Shown here piece by piece: positions 1 through 9,635 of a stretch of 32,000 nt of DNA. A program made the translations under genes and the position numbers. The DNA is from Propionibacterium freudenreichii subsp. freudenreichii (GTDB lineage: Bacteria; Actinomycetota; Actinomycetes; Propionibacteriales; Propionibacteriaceae), in assembly GCF_000940845.1 (NCBI RefSeq), contig NZ_CP010341.1:1020001-1052000 (forward strand). The letters run 5' to 3'. The notes under the pieces were generated by a model. It saw nothing but the letters and a program-made list of their open reading frames with translations, searched no databases and was not told the DNA's origin. How positions within the stretch are numbered: the stretch's first letter is position 1; each line of letters opens with the position of its first letter.

Positions 1-123
1 CACCAAGATGGTGATCCATCCGCCGCCAGAACTCGGTTTCTCGCACGGGTCGAGCTTAGGTCGCCGGGCCGATGGGTCGCCGGCAGGTGCCGGTGAGGGG
101 ATCATGGGGCGTGTCGCTTCGCT

Positions 124-139
124 TCGAACGCTTGTTCGC
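124..139 (+). promoter_or_regulatory. LexA operator (actinobacterial SOS box) upstream of recA
   Basis: TCGAAC-GCTT-GTTCGC matches 11/12 of the actinobacterial SOS-box palindrome TCGAAC-N4-GTTCGA. It is followed directly by a TANNNT hexamer, TATTGT, at 141..146, about 190 nt upstream of the recA ATG. Confidence 0.8.
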
Positions 140-327
140 ATATTGTGAATAGTGCTTGGCGCTACGTCCACAGCTTCCCGGTGGGGCGGGAAATGTCAGA
201 GGCCGGTCCTACAGTCAACACAAGACGGCGCAAGATGGCGCACCACACGTGACACAGCTTGAAACAGACGAAGAGAACCACGCACATTCCGTTGGCCACC
301 GTGCCGACACGAGGAGAGGATCGGGAC

Positions 328-1446
328 ATGGCCGTAGCAGATCGAAACAAGGCTCTGGACGCAGCGCTTGCCCAAATCGAGAAGGCCCATGGCAAGGGCT
401 CGGTGATGCGCCTTGGCGACCAGGCCTATGCGCAGATCGAGAGCATCCCCACCGGGTCGGTGGCGCTCGACATCGCCCTGGGAATCGGGGGACTGCCGCG
501 AGGTCGCATCGTGGAGGTCTACGGTCCCGAGTCATCCGGTAAGACCACCGTGGCCCTGCACGCCATCGCGAACGCCCAGGCAGAAGGTGGCATCTGTGCC
601 TTCATCGACGCGGAGCATGCGCTGGACCCGAGCTATGCCCATGCGCTGGGCGTCAACACCGACGAACTGTTGGTGAGCCAGCCCGACAACGGTGAGCAGG
701 CCCTGGAGATCGCTGACACCCTGGTCCGCTCCGGTGCCCTGGAGCTGTTGGTGATCGACTCGGTGGCCGCATTGACGCCCCGCGCCGAGATCGAGGGCGA
801 GATGGGTGACAGCCACGTGGGCCTGCAGGCGAGGCTCATGAGCCAGGCGCTGCGCAAGATGACGGGCGCCATCAAGTCGGCGAACACCACGGTGATCTTC
901 ATCAACCAGCTTCGCGAGAAGATCGGCGTGATGTTCGGCTCGCCCGAGACCACGACTGGTGGCCGAGCCCTGAAGTTCTATTCGTCGGTGCGCTTGGACG
1001 TCCGGCGCATCGAATCCCTCAAGAACGGCAATGAGATCGTGGGAAACCGCACCCGGGTGAAGGTTGCCAAGAACAAGGTTGCGCCGCCGTTCAAGCAGGC
1101 CGAATTCGACATTCTCTATGGCAAGGGCATCAGTCGTGAGGGAAGCCTCATCGATATGGGTGTGGACGCCGGGATCGTGCGCAAGGCCGGGGCATGGTTC
1201 ACCTATGGTGATGACCAGCTCGGGCAGGGCAAGGAGAATGCCCGCACCTTCCTGATCACCCATCCTGAGGTCGCCAGTGATATCGAGCACAAGATCCGGG
1301 TGAAGCTCGGGCTGGACGCCAGTGATGAGGTACCTGAGGGGATCGATCCCAGGACCGGGGAGGTCGTGGATTCCCCGGCGAGCGAGCTGGTGGATGCCAA
1401 GGCGGGCAAGCAGTCAGCGTCGAAGTCCGGTAAGGCCACGGTCTGA
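328..1446 (+). CDS. recA: Recombinase RecA
   Basis: Translation from ATG 328 begins [31 protein letters not shown], the canonical RecA N-terminus. Walker A is GPESSGKTT, followed by FIDAEHALD and [20 protein letters not shown] Shine-Dalgarno sits at 311..320. The track ORF start at 259 is a TTG that adds a non-homologous extension. Length is 372 aa with no intein. Confidence 0.97.
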   Translation: MAVADRNKALDAALAQIEKAHGKGSVMRLGDQAYAQIESIPTGSVALDIALGIGGLPRGRIVEVYGPESSGKTTVALHAIANAQAEGGICAFIDAEHALDPSYAHALGVNTDELLVSQPDNGEQALEIADTLVRSGALELLVIDSVAALTPRAEIEGEMGDSHVGLQARLMSQALRKMTGAIKSANTTVIFINQLREKIGVMFGSPETTTGGRALKFYSSVRLDVRRIESLKNGNEIVGNRTRVKVAKNKVAPPFKQAEFDILYGKGISREGSLIDMGVDAGIVRKAGAWFTYGDDQLGQGKENARTFLITHPEVASDIEHKIRVKLGLDASDEVPEGIDPRTGEVVDSPASELVDAKAGKQSASKSGKATV

Positions 1447-1448
1447 TC

Positions 1449-2063
1449 GTGGTGGGTGACAGTGGTTCCGCCGCGGCGAAGATTGATGAGCTTGCACGGC
1501 TCATCAGCGACGTCGCGGCGCGAACCCCTGCCGAGCACGACGCATCACCGACAGCTTCGGGCAAGCGCGGGGCAGCCCCGTCAGGACGTGCCTCCGAGGT
1601 GGCCAGCGCCAAGGAGATCGCGCTGCGACGGGTGGACCGGCGTGACTACTCGCGCGGCGAGCTCACTGATTACCTGGTGCGCAAGCGTCAGCTCGATCCC
1701 GGGATCGTTGCCGAGATCCTCGACCGGTTCGTCGAGGTCGGCATCGTTGATGATGCCCGGTTCGCACGCAACTGGGCACAGGAACGCGCACGCACCCGCA
1801 GGCTCTCCCGGCGGGCCATCAGTCGCGAGCTGAGCGTCCGCGGAGTCAGCGAGGAGCTCATCGAGATCGCCCTGGACCAGATCTCGCCCGACGATGAGCG
1901 GCAGGCGGCGCTCGAGTTGTGCCGCATCAAGGCCAGACGCCTTCATGGGGTCGACCGGCAGGTTGCGCTGCGTCGTCTGTCGGGACAACTCGCACGACGG
2001 GGCTACTCCACGGGCGTCGCCATGCCGGTGATATTCCAGGTACTTGACGAGCTGGCCGAGTAG
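1449..2063 (+). CDS. recX: Recombination regulator RecX
   Basis: GTG start lies 2 nt after the recA stop, the classic recA-recX arrangement. Repeated helical RecX-type motifs are present (ALRRVDRRDYSRGELTDYLVRK, DDARFARNWAQERAR). An Ala/Ser-rich N-terminal extension of about 55 aa makes the exact start uncertain. Confidence 0.85.
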   Translation: MVGDSGSAAAKIDELARLISDVAARTPAEHDASPTASGKRGAAPSGRASEVASAKEIALRRVDRRDYSRGELTDYLVRKRQLDPGIVAEILDRFVEVGIVDDARFARNWAQERARTRRLSRRAISRELSVRGVSEELIEIALDQISPDDERQAALELCRIKARRLHGVDRQVALRRLSGQLARRGYSTGVAMPVIFQVLDELAE

Positions 2064-2224
2064 GTTCCGCCCGGTTCTTCTTGTCCGGCGGGGTGATCCG
2101 GCACGGCCTGCGGGCCCGCGGCCTAGGACAAAGCGCGGGAATGCGAGACAATCGGGCAAGGTGTGAATGCCTCGCCCATTTCCATGCCTGTGACCCCGAC
2201 TGGCGATGACCGCAAGGAGGCGGG

Positions 2225-3760
2225 ATGGGGACCTTCTGGTTGCTGCTGTTCGTGGTGTTGATCGTGCTGCTGGTCGTCATCGTGGCGATGGGCGTGGTGG
2301 CCATCCGCCGATTGCGACGCGGGCCACTCGAGGACAATGGGCATTCCGGCTCGTCCCTGTCGGAGCCCCCACGCGATGACCCCCACCCACAGGGCCCAGA
2401 GCCGTCATCGGCCGCCGAGGAGAAGCAGTCCCAGATGCTGGCTGCCCTGGAACAGCGAAGTGGCGTCTTGCATGAGCGTTCCCTGGCGTTGGATGAGCGC
2501 GAGACCCGCCTGGAACTCGAACGCGGACGACTGCGCAAGTTGTCCGATGAACTCGAATCGCGCAGCGAACGATTGCAGGCCCGCAGCGACGCCGTGGAGG
2601 ATGCCCGCACCGCGGCGGAAGAGGAGCTGAGCAGGGTCGCGGCCATGAGCGAGGAGCAGGCGCGTCAGGAATTGCTGGACCGCGTGGAGCGCTCCAGCCG
2701 ACGCCTCAGTGCCGCGAGGGCCCGCGAGATCGAGAATGCCGCCAAGCGGGACGCGGATCGGGTGGCCCGGGGCATTGTGCTGTCCACGATCCAGCGCATC
2801 GCCACCGATCAGACCGCCGAAGCGGTGGTCTCCACCGTTGACCTGCCCAGTGACGAGATGAAGGGGCGGGTGATCGGACGCGAGGGCCGCAATATCCGCT
2901 CCTTCGAGCAGGTGACGGGCGTTGACGTGCTGGTCGACGACACCCCGGGCTCCATCCTGCTGAGCAGCTTCGATCCCGTGCGTCGCGAGATAGCCCGACT
3001 GGCCATGCAGGAGCTCGTGGGTGACGGTCGCATTCACCCGGCGCGGATCGAGCAGGCATATTCGCGCGCCGTGGACAAGGTGCATGACAAGTGCCAGGAG
3101 GCGGCCCAGAGCGCGATCATGGAGCTGGGGCTGGTAGGGATCAATCCGGGCCTGTACCAGTACATCGGGGCCCTGCAGTACCGCACCAGTTACGGGCAGG
3201 TGGTGCTCGAGCACCTGAAGGAATGCGGACGGATCGCCGGTGCGATCGCCTCGGAGATCGGACTTCCCCCGGATTCCTGCAAGCGGGCGGCCTTCCTGCA
3301 CGACATCGGCAAGGCCGTCATCACCCAGGGCGACGGATCCCATGCCGCAGAGGGCGCGGAACTCGCACGCCGCTTCGGTGAGAGCGATGCCGTGGTGAAC
3401 GCCATCGCGTCCCACCACGACGAGGTGCCGGCGGATTCCGCTGAGGCGGTCATCACCCAGGTCGCGGATGCCATCTCGGCCTCGCGGCCGGGCGCTCGTC
3501 GCGAAAGCATGGAGGCGTATGTGCACCGGCTCACCCGACTGGAACAGATCGCGACCGCGCATGAGGGCGTCGACAAGGCCTTCGCCATGCAGGCGGGGCG
3601 GGAGGTACGCGTCATGGTGCTGCCGGACGTCGTGGATGATGCGGGCAGTGAGCGGCTGGCCCACGAGATCGCCCATGAAGTCGAGAGTGAGTTGAGCTAT
3701 CCGGGCAATATCCGCATCACCGTGGTGCGCGAATCGGTGGCCACCCAATTGGCGCACTGA
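2225..3760 (+). CDS. rny: Ribonuclease Y (N-terminal TM anchor, coiled coil, KH and HD domains)
   Basis: AGGAGG lies at 2215..2220. N-terminal hydrophobic helix FWLLLFVVLIVLLVVIVAMGVVAI, then a long charged coiled-coil. KH motif GRVIGREGRNIRSFEQVTGVDVLVDD. HD domain AAFLHDIGKA...ASHH. Total 511 aa. Confidence 0.93.
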   Translation: MGTFWLLLFVVLIVLLVVIVAMGVVAIRRLRRGPLEDNGHSGSSLSEPPRDDPHPQGPEPSSAAEEKQSQMLAALEQRSGVLHERSLALDERETRLELERGRLRKLSDELESRSERLQARSDAVEDARTAAEEELSRVAAMSEEQARQELLDRVERSSRRLSAARAREIENAAKRDADRVARGIVLSTIQRIATDQTAEAVVSTVDLPSDEMKGRVIGREGRNIRSFEQVTGVDVLVDDTPGSILLSSFDPVRREIARLAMQELVGDGRIHPARIEQAYSRAVDKVHDKCQEAAQSAIMELGLVGINPGLYQYIGALQYRTSYGQVVLEHLKECGRIAGAIASEIGLPPDSCKRAAFLHDIGKAVITQGDGSHAAEGAELARRFGESDAVVNAIASHHDEVPADSAEAVITQVADAISASRPGARRESMEAYVHRLTRLEQIATAHEGVDKAFAMQAGREVRVMVLPDVVDDAGSERLAHEIAHEVESELSYPGNIRITVVRESVATQLAH

Positions 3761-3769
3761 TCGCGTGGG

Positions 3770-4585
3770 CTACAGGACGGAGGCAAGGAACTCCTGGGCC
3801 CGTGATGTGGCCGGATGCTCGAAGAACTCGGCGGGCGGGGACTGCTCCAGGATGCGGCCATCGGCCATGAAGACGATCTGATCGGCGACATGTCGTGCGA
3901 AGCCCATCTCATGGGTGACGCAGATCATGGTGCGGTGCTCCTCCGAGAGGCTCTGCATGATCGCCAGCACCTCGGCGACCATCTCGGGGTCCAGTGCCGA
4001 TGTCGGCTCATCAAACAACATGATCGTGGGATCCATGGCCATGCAGCGCGCAATCGCCACACGTTGCTGTTGGCCACCGGACAACTCAGCGGGCAGCTTC
4101 GGCGCCTGATCGGCCACTCCCACACGGCGCAGGAGATCCATCGCCCGATCACGGGCGATCTCGGGGGACTGATGCCGTACGGCGCGGGGCCCGTAGGTGA
4201 CATTGTCAAGGACGGTCATCTGGGGGAACAGGTTGAAATCCTGGAAGACCATCCCGACGTCGGCACGCAGCGCCGGCAGTTCCTTGCCCCCGGTCGGCTG
4301 TGGTGTGCCGCCGATGAGGATCTGACCGGTGTCGGGCACCTCAAGGCGATTGATCGTGCGGCACAGCGTCGACTTGCCGGAACCGGAGGGTCCGATCACC
4401 ACCGCCGTCTGGCCGTTGGCCACCGACAGGTCGATGTCGATCAGCGCTGCCTTGGCACCAAAGGACTTGTTGACCCCACGCATCTGCACGGCGGGTGTGC
4501 CCGCGGGCCCCTGCGCGGCGTTGACGGATTCGTGCGCAGCGCCGGCAGCTGCCTGTGCGGCGTTGTTGTCACTCGGCTCGGCCAT
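3770..4585 (-). CDS. ABC transporter ATP-binding protein, polar-amino-acid uptake type (GlnQ/GluA-like); no permease or binding-protein gene adjacent
   Basis: Walker A GPSGSGKST, Q-loop FQDFNLFPQMTV, signature LSGGQQQRVAIARC, Walker B IMLFDEPTSALD, H-loop CVTHEMGFA. An Ala-rich N-terminal extension of about 30 aa precedes the conserved beta-strand VQMRGVNKSFG. No clear SD is present. Confidence 0.9.
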   Translation of the reverse strand: MAEPSDNNAAQAAAGAAHESVNAAQGPAGTPAVQMRGVNKSFGAKAALIDIDLSVANGQTAVVIGPSGSGKSTLCRTINRLEVPDTGQILIGGTPQPTGGKELPALRADVGMVFQDFNLFPQMTVLDNVTYGPRAVRHQSPEIARDRAMDLLRRVGVADQAPKLPAELSGGQQQRVAIARCMAMDPTIMLFDEPTSALDPEMVAEVLAIMQSLSEEHRTMICVTHEMGFARHVADQIVFMADGRILEQSPPAEFFEHPATSRAQEFLASVL

Positions 4586-4688
4586 GTGTGAACGATAACG
4601 CCACCGTCACGATGGGGCGCGCACAACGGGGTGAACGCAGATTGCGCGTCGGGATTCCCCGGGGCCGCTGGACTACGATGGAGCGGCC

Positions 4689-6203
4689 ATGTTGAAGCCC
4701 GAATACACACCAGCCGTCGATGCCCCCAGCGCGCCCGCGCGCAGCTATCGGGTGATCACCTACGGATGCCAGATGAACGCCCATGACTCCGAGCGGATCG
4801 CCGGCCTGCTCGACCAGGCCGGATATGTGGCGCTGCCTGCGCACGAGCACACCGAGATCGGCCCGGCCGACGTGGTGGTCTTCAACACCTGCGCCGTGCG
4901 GGAGAACGCCGACAACCGGCTGTACGGGAACCTCGGCCGGATGGCCACCTTCAAGAAGGAGCACCCCGGCATGCAGATCGCCGTGGGTGGTTGCATGGCC
5001 CAGAAGGACCGTGACCTCATCGTGTCCAAGGCCCCCTGGGTCGACGTGGTCTTCGGCACGAACAACGTGGGTTCGTTGCCCATCCTGTTGGAACGCGCCC
5101 GCATCGAGCAGGCCAGTCAGGTGGAGATCACCGAGGCATTGCAGACCTTTCCGTCGAACCTGCCCACGCATCGTGAGTTGGACTACGCCGCCTGGGTGTC
5201 GATCAGCGTCGGCTGCAACAACACCTGCACCTATTGCATCGTCCCGGCCCTGCGCGGCAAGGAGACGGATCGGCGACCCGGCGACATCCTGGCCGAGATC
5301 CAGATGCTCGTGGACCAGGGCGTCCAGGAGATCACCCTGCTCGGGCAGAACGTCAACACCTACGGCGTCGAGTTCGGCGATCGAGGCGCCTTCGCCAAGC
5401 TCCTGCGGGCGTGCGGCGACATCACCGGCCTGGAGCGCGTGCGCTTCACCAGTCCGCACCCCGCTGCCTTCACCGACGACGTGATCGAGGCGATGGCCGA
5501 GACACCGAATGTGATGCACCAGTTGCACATGCCGCTCCAGTCCGGCTCGGACCATGTGCTGCGTGCCATGCGCCGCAGCTATCGCTCGGAACGTTTCCAC
5601 GGCATCCTGGAGCGCGTCCGGGCGGCCATGCCCGATGCGGCGATCAGCACCGACATCATCGTCGGCTTCCCCGGCGAGACCGACGAGGACTTCGAGCAGA
5701 CGCTGCAGGCGGTCCGGCGATCCCGCTTCACCAACGCCTACACATTCCAGTACTCGATCCGCCCCGGCACTCCTGCCGGCGAGATGGCCAACCAGGTGCC
5801 CCACGACGTGGTGCAGGAGCGCTATGAGCGGCTCGTGGCCGTGCAGGACGAGATCTCGTGGGAGGAGAACAAGCTCCTGCTGGGGGCCAACGTGGAAGTG
5901 ATGTTCACCACCGGTGACGGGCGCAAGGACCAGGCCACCGACCGGATCTCGGGACGTGCTCGCGACAACCGGCTGGTCCACGTCCGCGTGCCGTCCGACC
6001 CTGCCGACCGACCTCGTCCCGGCGACATCGGGGAGGTCACGATCACCTACGCCGCACCACACCACCTGGTGGCGGATTCGCCGATCCGCAACCTTCGGCG
6101 CACGCGCGGCGGCGACGCCTGGCAGGCGCATCAGGACCAGCCGGACGTCACCTCGCGGGCGGTGGGACTGGGGATCCCTGCGCTGGCCCCACGCTCCCGA
6201 TGA
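4689..6203 (+). CDS. miaB: tRNA-2-methylthio-N6-dimethylallyladenosine synthase MiaB (radical SAM methylthiotransferase)
   Basis: N-terminal MTTase cysteines are present ([24 protein letters not shown]). Radical-SAM motif [12 protein letters not shown]-terminal TRAM-like region. Total 504 aa. Confidence 0.93.
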   Translation: MLKPEYTPAVDAPSAPARSYRVITYGCQMNAHDSERIAGLLDQAGYVALPAHEHTEIGPADVVVFNTCAVRENADNRLYGNLGRMATFKKEHPGMQIAVGGCMAQKDRDLIVSKAPWVDVVFGTNNVGSLPILLERARIEQASQVEITEALQTFPSNLPTHRELDYAAWVSISVGCNNTCTYCIVPALRGKETDRRPGDILAEIQMLVDQGVQEITLLGQNVNTYGVEFGDRGAFAKLLRACGDITGLERVRFTSPHPAAFTDDVIEAMAETPNVMHQLHMPLQSGSDHVLRAMRRSYRSERFHGILERVRAAMPDAAISTDIIVGFPGETDEDFEQTLQAVRRSRFTNAYTFQYSIRPGTPAGEMANQVPHDVVQERYERLVAVQDEISWEENKLLLGANVEVMFTTGDGRKDQATDRISGRARDNRLVHVRVPSDPADRPRPGDIGEVTITYAAPHHLVADSPIRNLRRTRGGDAWQAHQDQPDVTSRAVGLGIPALAPRSR

Positions 6204-7186
6204 CATCACCGCTTTCTCCGGCGACGACGGGCGCGTCGGCCGATGGTGCACGCCCGGTGCCGCCGCTCGTGGTGCTCATCGGCCCCACGGCGTCAGGTAA
6301 GTCATCGCTGGCCATCCAGTTGGCCCGATCGTTGGATGCCAGTGGGCATCCGGCCGAGATCGTCAATGGGGACTCCATGGCCATCTACGCCGGGATGGAC
6401 ATCGGCACCGCCAAGCCCAGCGCGTCAGATCGCGCGCTGGTGCCGCATCACCTGGTCGATGTGCTCGAGGTGACCCAGACCTCAACGGTGGCCGACTTCC
6501 AGCAGCTGGCACGTGAGGTGATTGCACGCCTGCGCTCCAGTGGACGGATCCCCATCCTGGTGGGGGGATCGTCCCTGTACGTGCGAGCGGTCATCGACGA
6601 CTTCGAGTTCCCCGGGACCGATCCGCAGGTGCGCGCCCGGTGGGAGCGCGAGCTGGCCGCCCACGGCGCTGCCGCACTGTACGAGGAGCTGGTTCGTCGC
6701 GCCCCCCAGGCCAGGGGAGCGATCGAGCCCGCGAACAGCCGGCGCATCGTGCGTGCGCTGGAGGTGTTGGAACTCACCGGCCACTACAGTCCGCACCTGC
6801 CGCCACCCCATTACCTGCTCGTCAATGTGCATCAATTCGGACTGGTGGTCGATCGGGAGGAGATGGACCGCCGGATCGAGGAGCGGGTGCACGCCATGTT
6901 CGATGCGGGGTTGGTCGACGAGGTGCGCCGCCTGGAGGGCCGGGGACTGCGTCGGGGGGTCACTGCCGCCAGGGCCCTGGGCTATCAGCAGGTGCTGGCA
7001 ATGCTCGACGGCCAACTCGACCAGCAGGGCGCCATCCGGGCCACGATCGACGGCACGCGCAGATTCGCGCGCAAGCAACTCGGCTGGTTCCGACGTGACC
7101 CGCGCATCGAATGGCTGCCCGCTGATGGCACGGACCTTCCGCAACGAATCGCCGCGCGGCTGTTCGCGCCCGACGGGGGCCATTGA
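6200..7186 (+). CDS. miaA: tRNA dimethylallyltransferase MiaA
   Basis: ATGA start/stop overlap with miaB. P-loop [11 protein letters not shown], then [20 protein letters not shown] and ILVGGSSLY. Total 328 aa. Confidence 0.93.
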   Translation: MTSPLSPATTGASADGARPVPPLVVLIGPTASGKSSLAIQLARSLDASGHPAEIVNGDSMAIYAGMDIGTAKPSASDRALVPHHLVDVLEVTQTSTVADFQQLAREVIARLRSSGRIPILVGGSSLYVRAVIDDFEFPGTDPQVRARWERELAAHGAAALYEELVRRAPQARGAIEPANSRRIVRALEVLELTGHYSPHLPPPHYLLVNVHQFGLVVDREEMDRRIEERVHAMFDAGLVDEVRRLEGRGLRRGVTAARALGYQQVLAMLDGQLDQQGAIRATIDGTRRFARKQLGWFRRDPRIEWLPADGTDLPQRIAARLFAPDGGH

Positions 7187-7200
7187 ACGCCGGTGCCACA

Positions 7201-8043
7201 ATGGCGTTCATGAGGAACTGGGAGTTTGCCAAGGGCCACGGCACCATGAATGACTTCGTGCTGCTCAAGGATCGGACCAACAGCACCGAGTTGAGCCCCC
7301 AGGACGTTCGCTATCTGTGTGACCGGCGCGCCGGGATCGGCGGCGACGGGGTGATCAGGGCCGTGTGGGCCAAGTACATGCCCAGCTGGACCGGCGATCC
7401 CAACATGTGGTTCATGGACTATCGCAACTCCGACGGCTCGGTCGCCGAGATGTGCGGCAACGGATTGCGGGTGTTCGGCCACTTCCTGCTTGATGAGAAC
7501 CTCGCCGACGGACCCGACATCCAGGTTGCCACCAGGGCGGGGCAGCGCGATGTGGCAGAGATGAACGACGAGCTCTTCCGGGCCGGCATCGGTCACGTGC
7601 AGGTTGCCTCGCAGCCCACGCATGTGTCCCTGGATGGCGTGGAATACGAGGCCACCACCGTGGATGTCGGCAATCCGCACGCCGTGGTCTTCCTCCCCGC
7701 CGACGTCGACCTGGAATCCCTGGACCTCAGTCACCCACCGCGCTTCGACACCCGTGTCTACCCGGCCGGTACGAACATCGAATTCGTGAGGGTGCACTCC
7801 GACCGCTCCCTGTCGATGCGCGTCTTCGAGCGTGGCTCGGGGGAGACGATGTCGTGTGGCACCGGGGTCGTGGCAACGGCCGCTGCTCAGGGTGCCCGGC
7901 TGGGTGAGCAGGGACGTTTCGGGGTGGACGTGCCCGGTGGTCACCTCGAGGTGGAGCTCGACGACTCGATGGCCCACCTCACCGGCCCGGCGGTCATCGT
8001 CGCGCACGGCTCAGTGGTGCTGCCCGATGAGGCGGCACGCTGA
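7201..8043 (+). CDS. dapF: Diaminopimelate epimerase DapF
   Basis: Contains GTMNDFVLL, the first catalytic Cys motif MCGNGLR, VDVGNPHAV, and the second catalytic Cys motif GETMSCGTG. The track start at 7183 is a TTG, so ATG 7201 is preferred (or 7210); the start is uncertain by a few codons. Confidence 0.9.
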   Translation: MAFMRNWEFAKGHGTMNDFVLLKDRTNSTELSPQDVRYLCDRRAGIGGDGVIRAVWAKYMPSWTGDPNMWFMDYRNSDGSVAEMCGNGLRVFGHFLLDENLADGPDIQVATRAGQRDVAEMNDELFRAGIGHVQVASQPTHVSLDGVEYEATTVDVGNPHAVVFLPADVDLESLDLSHPPRFDTRVYPAGTNIEFVRVHSDRSLSMRVFERGSGETMSCGTGVVATAAAQGARLGEQGRFGVDVPGGHLEVELDDSMAHLTGPAVIVAHGSVVLPDEAAR

Positions 8044-8086
8044 GCGGCTTGGTCCTGCGTGCCGGGCGTGTCACCCTTGAGGCACG

Positions 8087-9523
8087 ATGACAGATGAGCA
8101 CATGACGGCGGGCGTTCCCGAACCCCACGAGCGCGACAACGAAGCGCGCCATGACGTGACCGACGAACTGCTGGACCTCGAGGAGCGCCACTCGCTGACC
8201 AGGGTGGCCGGGATGTCGACCGAGCTCCAGGACGAGAGCGAGGTCGAGTACCGACAGCTGCGCCTGGAACGCGTGGTCCTGGTGAGCGTGTGGACCACGG
8301 GCACCCAGGCCGACGCCGACAACGCCATGCAGGAGCTGCGTGCCCTGGCCGAGACGGCCGGCTCCCAGGTGCTTGAGGGGCTGGTGCAACGTCGTTCCCG
8401 CCCCGACGCCGCCACCTACATCGGCGAGGGCAAGGTCACCGAGCTGCGCGAGGCCGTGGTGGCCACGGGCGCCGATACCGTCATCGCCGATGGCGAATTG
8501 AGCCCGGCGCAGCTGAGGAACCTGGAGGACCGGGTCGGGGTGAAGGTCGTGGATCGCACGGCCCTGATCCTCGACATCTTTGCCCAGCACGCCAAGAGCA
8601 CCGAGGGCAAGACACAGGTGGAACTGGCCCAGCTGAACTACATGAAGCAACGCCTGCGCGGCTGGGGCGAGAGCTTGTCGCGGCAGGTCGGCGGACGGGC
8701 GGCCTCCGGTGTGGGAATCGGTGGCCGTGGTCCCGGTGAGACGAAGCTGGAGACGGATCGACGTCGCATCAACACGCGCATCGCCACGCTCCGCAAGAAG
8801 TTGCGGGCCATGGATGCCTCGCGTGCCCTCCAGCGCGAGGAGCGGGTACGCCACCGGATCCCCTCCGTGGCCCTGGTCGGATACACCAACGCCGGCAAGA
8901 GCTCGCTGCTGAATCGCCTCACCGGGGCCGGTGTGCTCGTGGAGGATGCCCTGTTCGCCACGCTGGATCCCACGACCCGGCGTTGCCGCACCACTGATGG
9001 ACGCGTCTACACGCTGACCGACACCGTCGGGTTCGTCCGCCATCTGCCCACCGACCTGGTGGCGGCCTTTCGCTCCACCCTCGAGGAGTCGGTACGCGCT
9101 GACCTGTTGCTGCACGTCGTGGATGGTTCGGACCCCGATCCCGAAGGCCAGATCACGGCCGTCCACGAGGTCCTGCGCGACATCGGCGCGGGGGAGCGCC
9201 CGGAGCAGATCGTGGTCAACAAGGTCGACCTGGCCTCCAGCCAGAGCCTGCTCGAATTGCGGCACAACCACCCCGACGCCGTGTTTGTCAGCGCCGTGAC
9301 CGGCGAGGGGCTGGAGGAACTGCGCACCCGCACCGAGTCGCGCCTGCCGACGCCGCAGACCAGTGTGGACGTGGTGGTGCCCTGGGATCGCGGCGACCTG
9401 GTGGACAAGGTGCACCGCTTCGGTGAGATCAGCCAGGACGAATACCTCGCGGAGGGCACGCACCTGGTGGCGCGTGTCTATCCCGACCTGGCCGGTGAAC
9501 TCAAGCCCTATGAGCGGGCGTGA
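8087..9523 (+). CDS. hflX: GTPase HflX
   Basis: HflX N-terminal domain (TLILDIFAQHAKSTEGKTQVELAQLNY, GPGETKLETDRR). G1 GYTNAGKSSLLN, G3 DTVGF, G4 NKVD. Total 478 aa. Confidence 0.93.
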   Translation: MTDEHMTAGVPEPHERDNEARHDVTDELLDLEERHSLTRVAGMSTELQDESEVEYRQLRLERVVLVSVWTTGTQADADNAMQELRALAETAGSQVLEGLVQRRSRPDAATYIGEGKVTELREAVVATGADTVIADGELSPAQLRNLEDRVGVKVVDRTALILDIFAQHAKSTEGKTQVELAQLNYMKQRLRGWGESLSRQVGGRAASGVGIGGRGPGETKLETDRRRINTRIATLRKKLRAMDASRALQREERVRHRIPSVALVGYTNAGKSSLLNRLTGAGVLVEDALFATLDPTTRRCRTTDGRVYTLTDTVGFVRHLPTDLVAAFRSTLEESVRADLLLHVVDGSDPDPEGQITAVHEVLRDIGAGERPEQIVVNKVDLASSQSLLELRHNHPDAVFVSAVTGEGLEELRTRTESRLPTPQTSVDVVVPWDRGDLVDKVHRFGEISQDEYLAEGTHLVARVYPDLAGELKPYERA

Positions 9524-9635
9524 GCGATTCCCGTCGACACCCCTGCCAGACGTTCCGCCTCGCCGGACCTACCGGGTCGCCGGCCGTACCGGGCGAGTTC
9601 CGGGGCCGGTGTTGCCGGCGCATTAGGGTGTCCGG

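Noticed and set aside
1-120. A partial ORF at the 5' edge, possibly the small DUF3046-type gene often found upstream of actinobacterial recA.
   Set aside because: Neither open frame (..RTRFLARVELRSPGRWVAGRCR* nor ..PPELGFSHGSSLGRRADGSP..) resembles anything I recognise. The fragment is too short to call.
259-327. A 5' extension of the recA ORF to a TTG at 259 ([23 protein letters not shown]).
   Set aside because: RecA homology begins exactly at ATG 328, which has a strong upstream SD. The extension starts with a rare TTG and has no RecA-like sequence.
2105-2123. A GC-rich quasi-palindrome, GGCCTGCGGGCCCGCGGCC, after recX, considered as a terminator.
   Set aside because: It has no loop or U-tract and sits in very GC-rich sequence where such palindromes arise easily. 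It could be an I-shaped actinobacterial terminator, but I cannot support that from sequence alone.
4586-4688. GTGAACG direct repeats and a TACGAT hexamer in the ABC-ATPase/miaB divergent region.
   Set aside because: These 7-bp repeats have no known matching operator. The promoter call is too uncertain to report.
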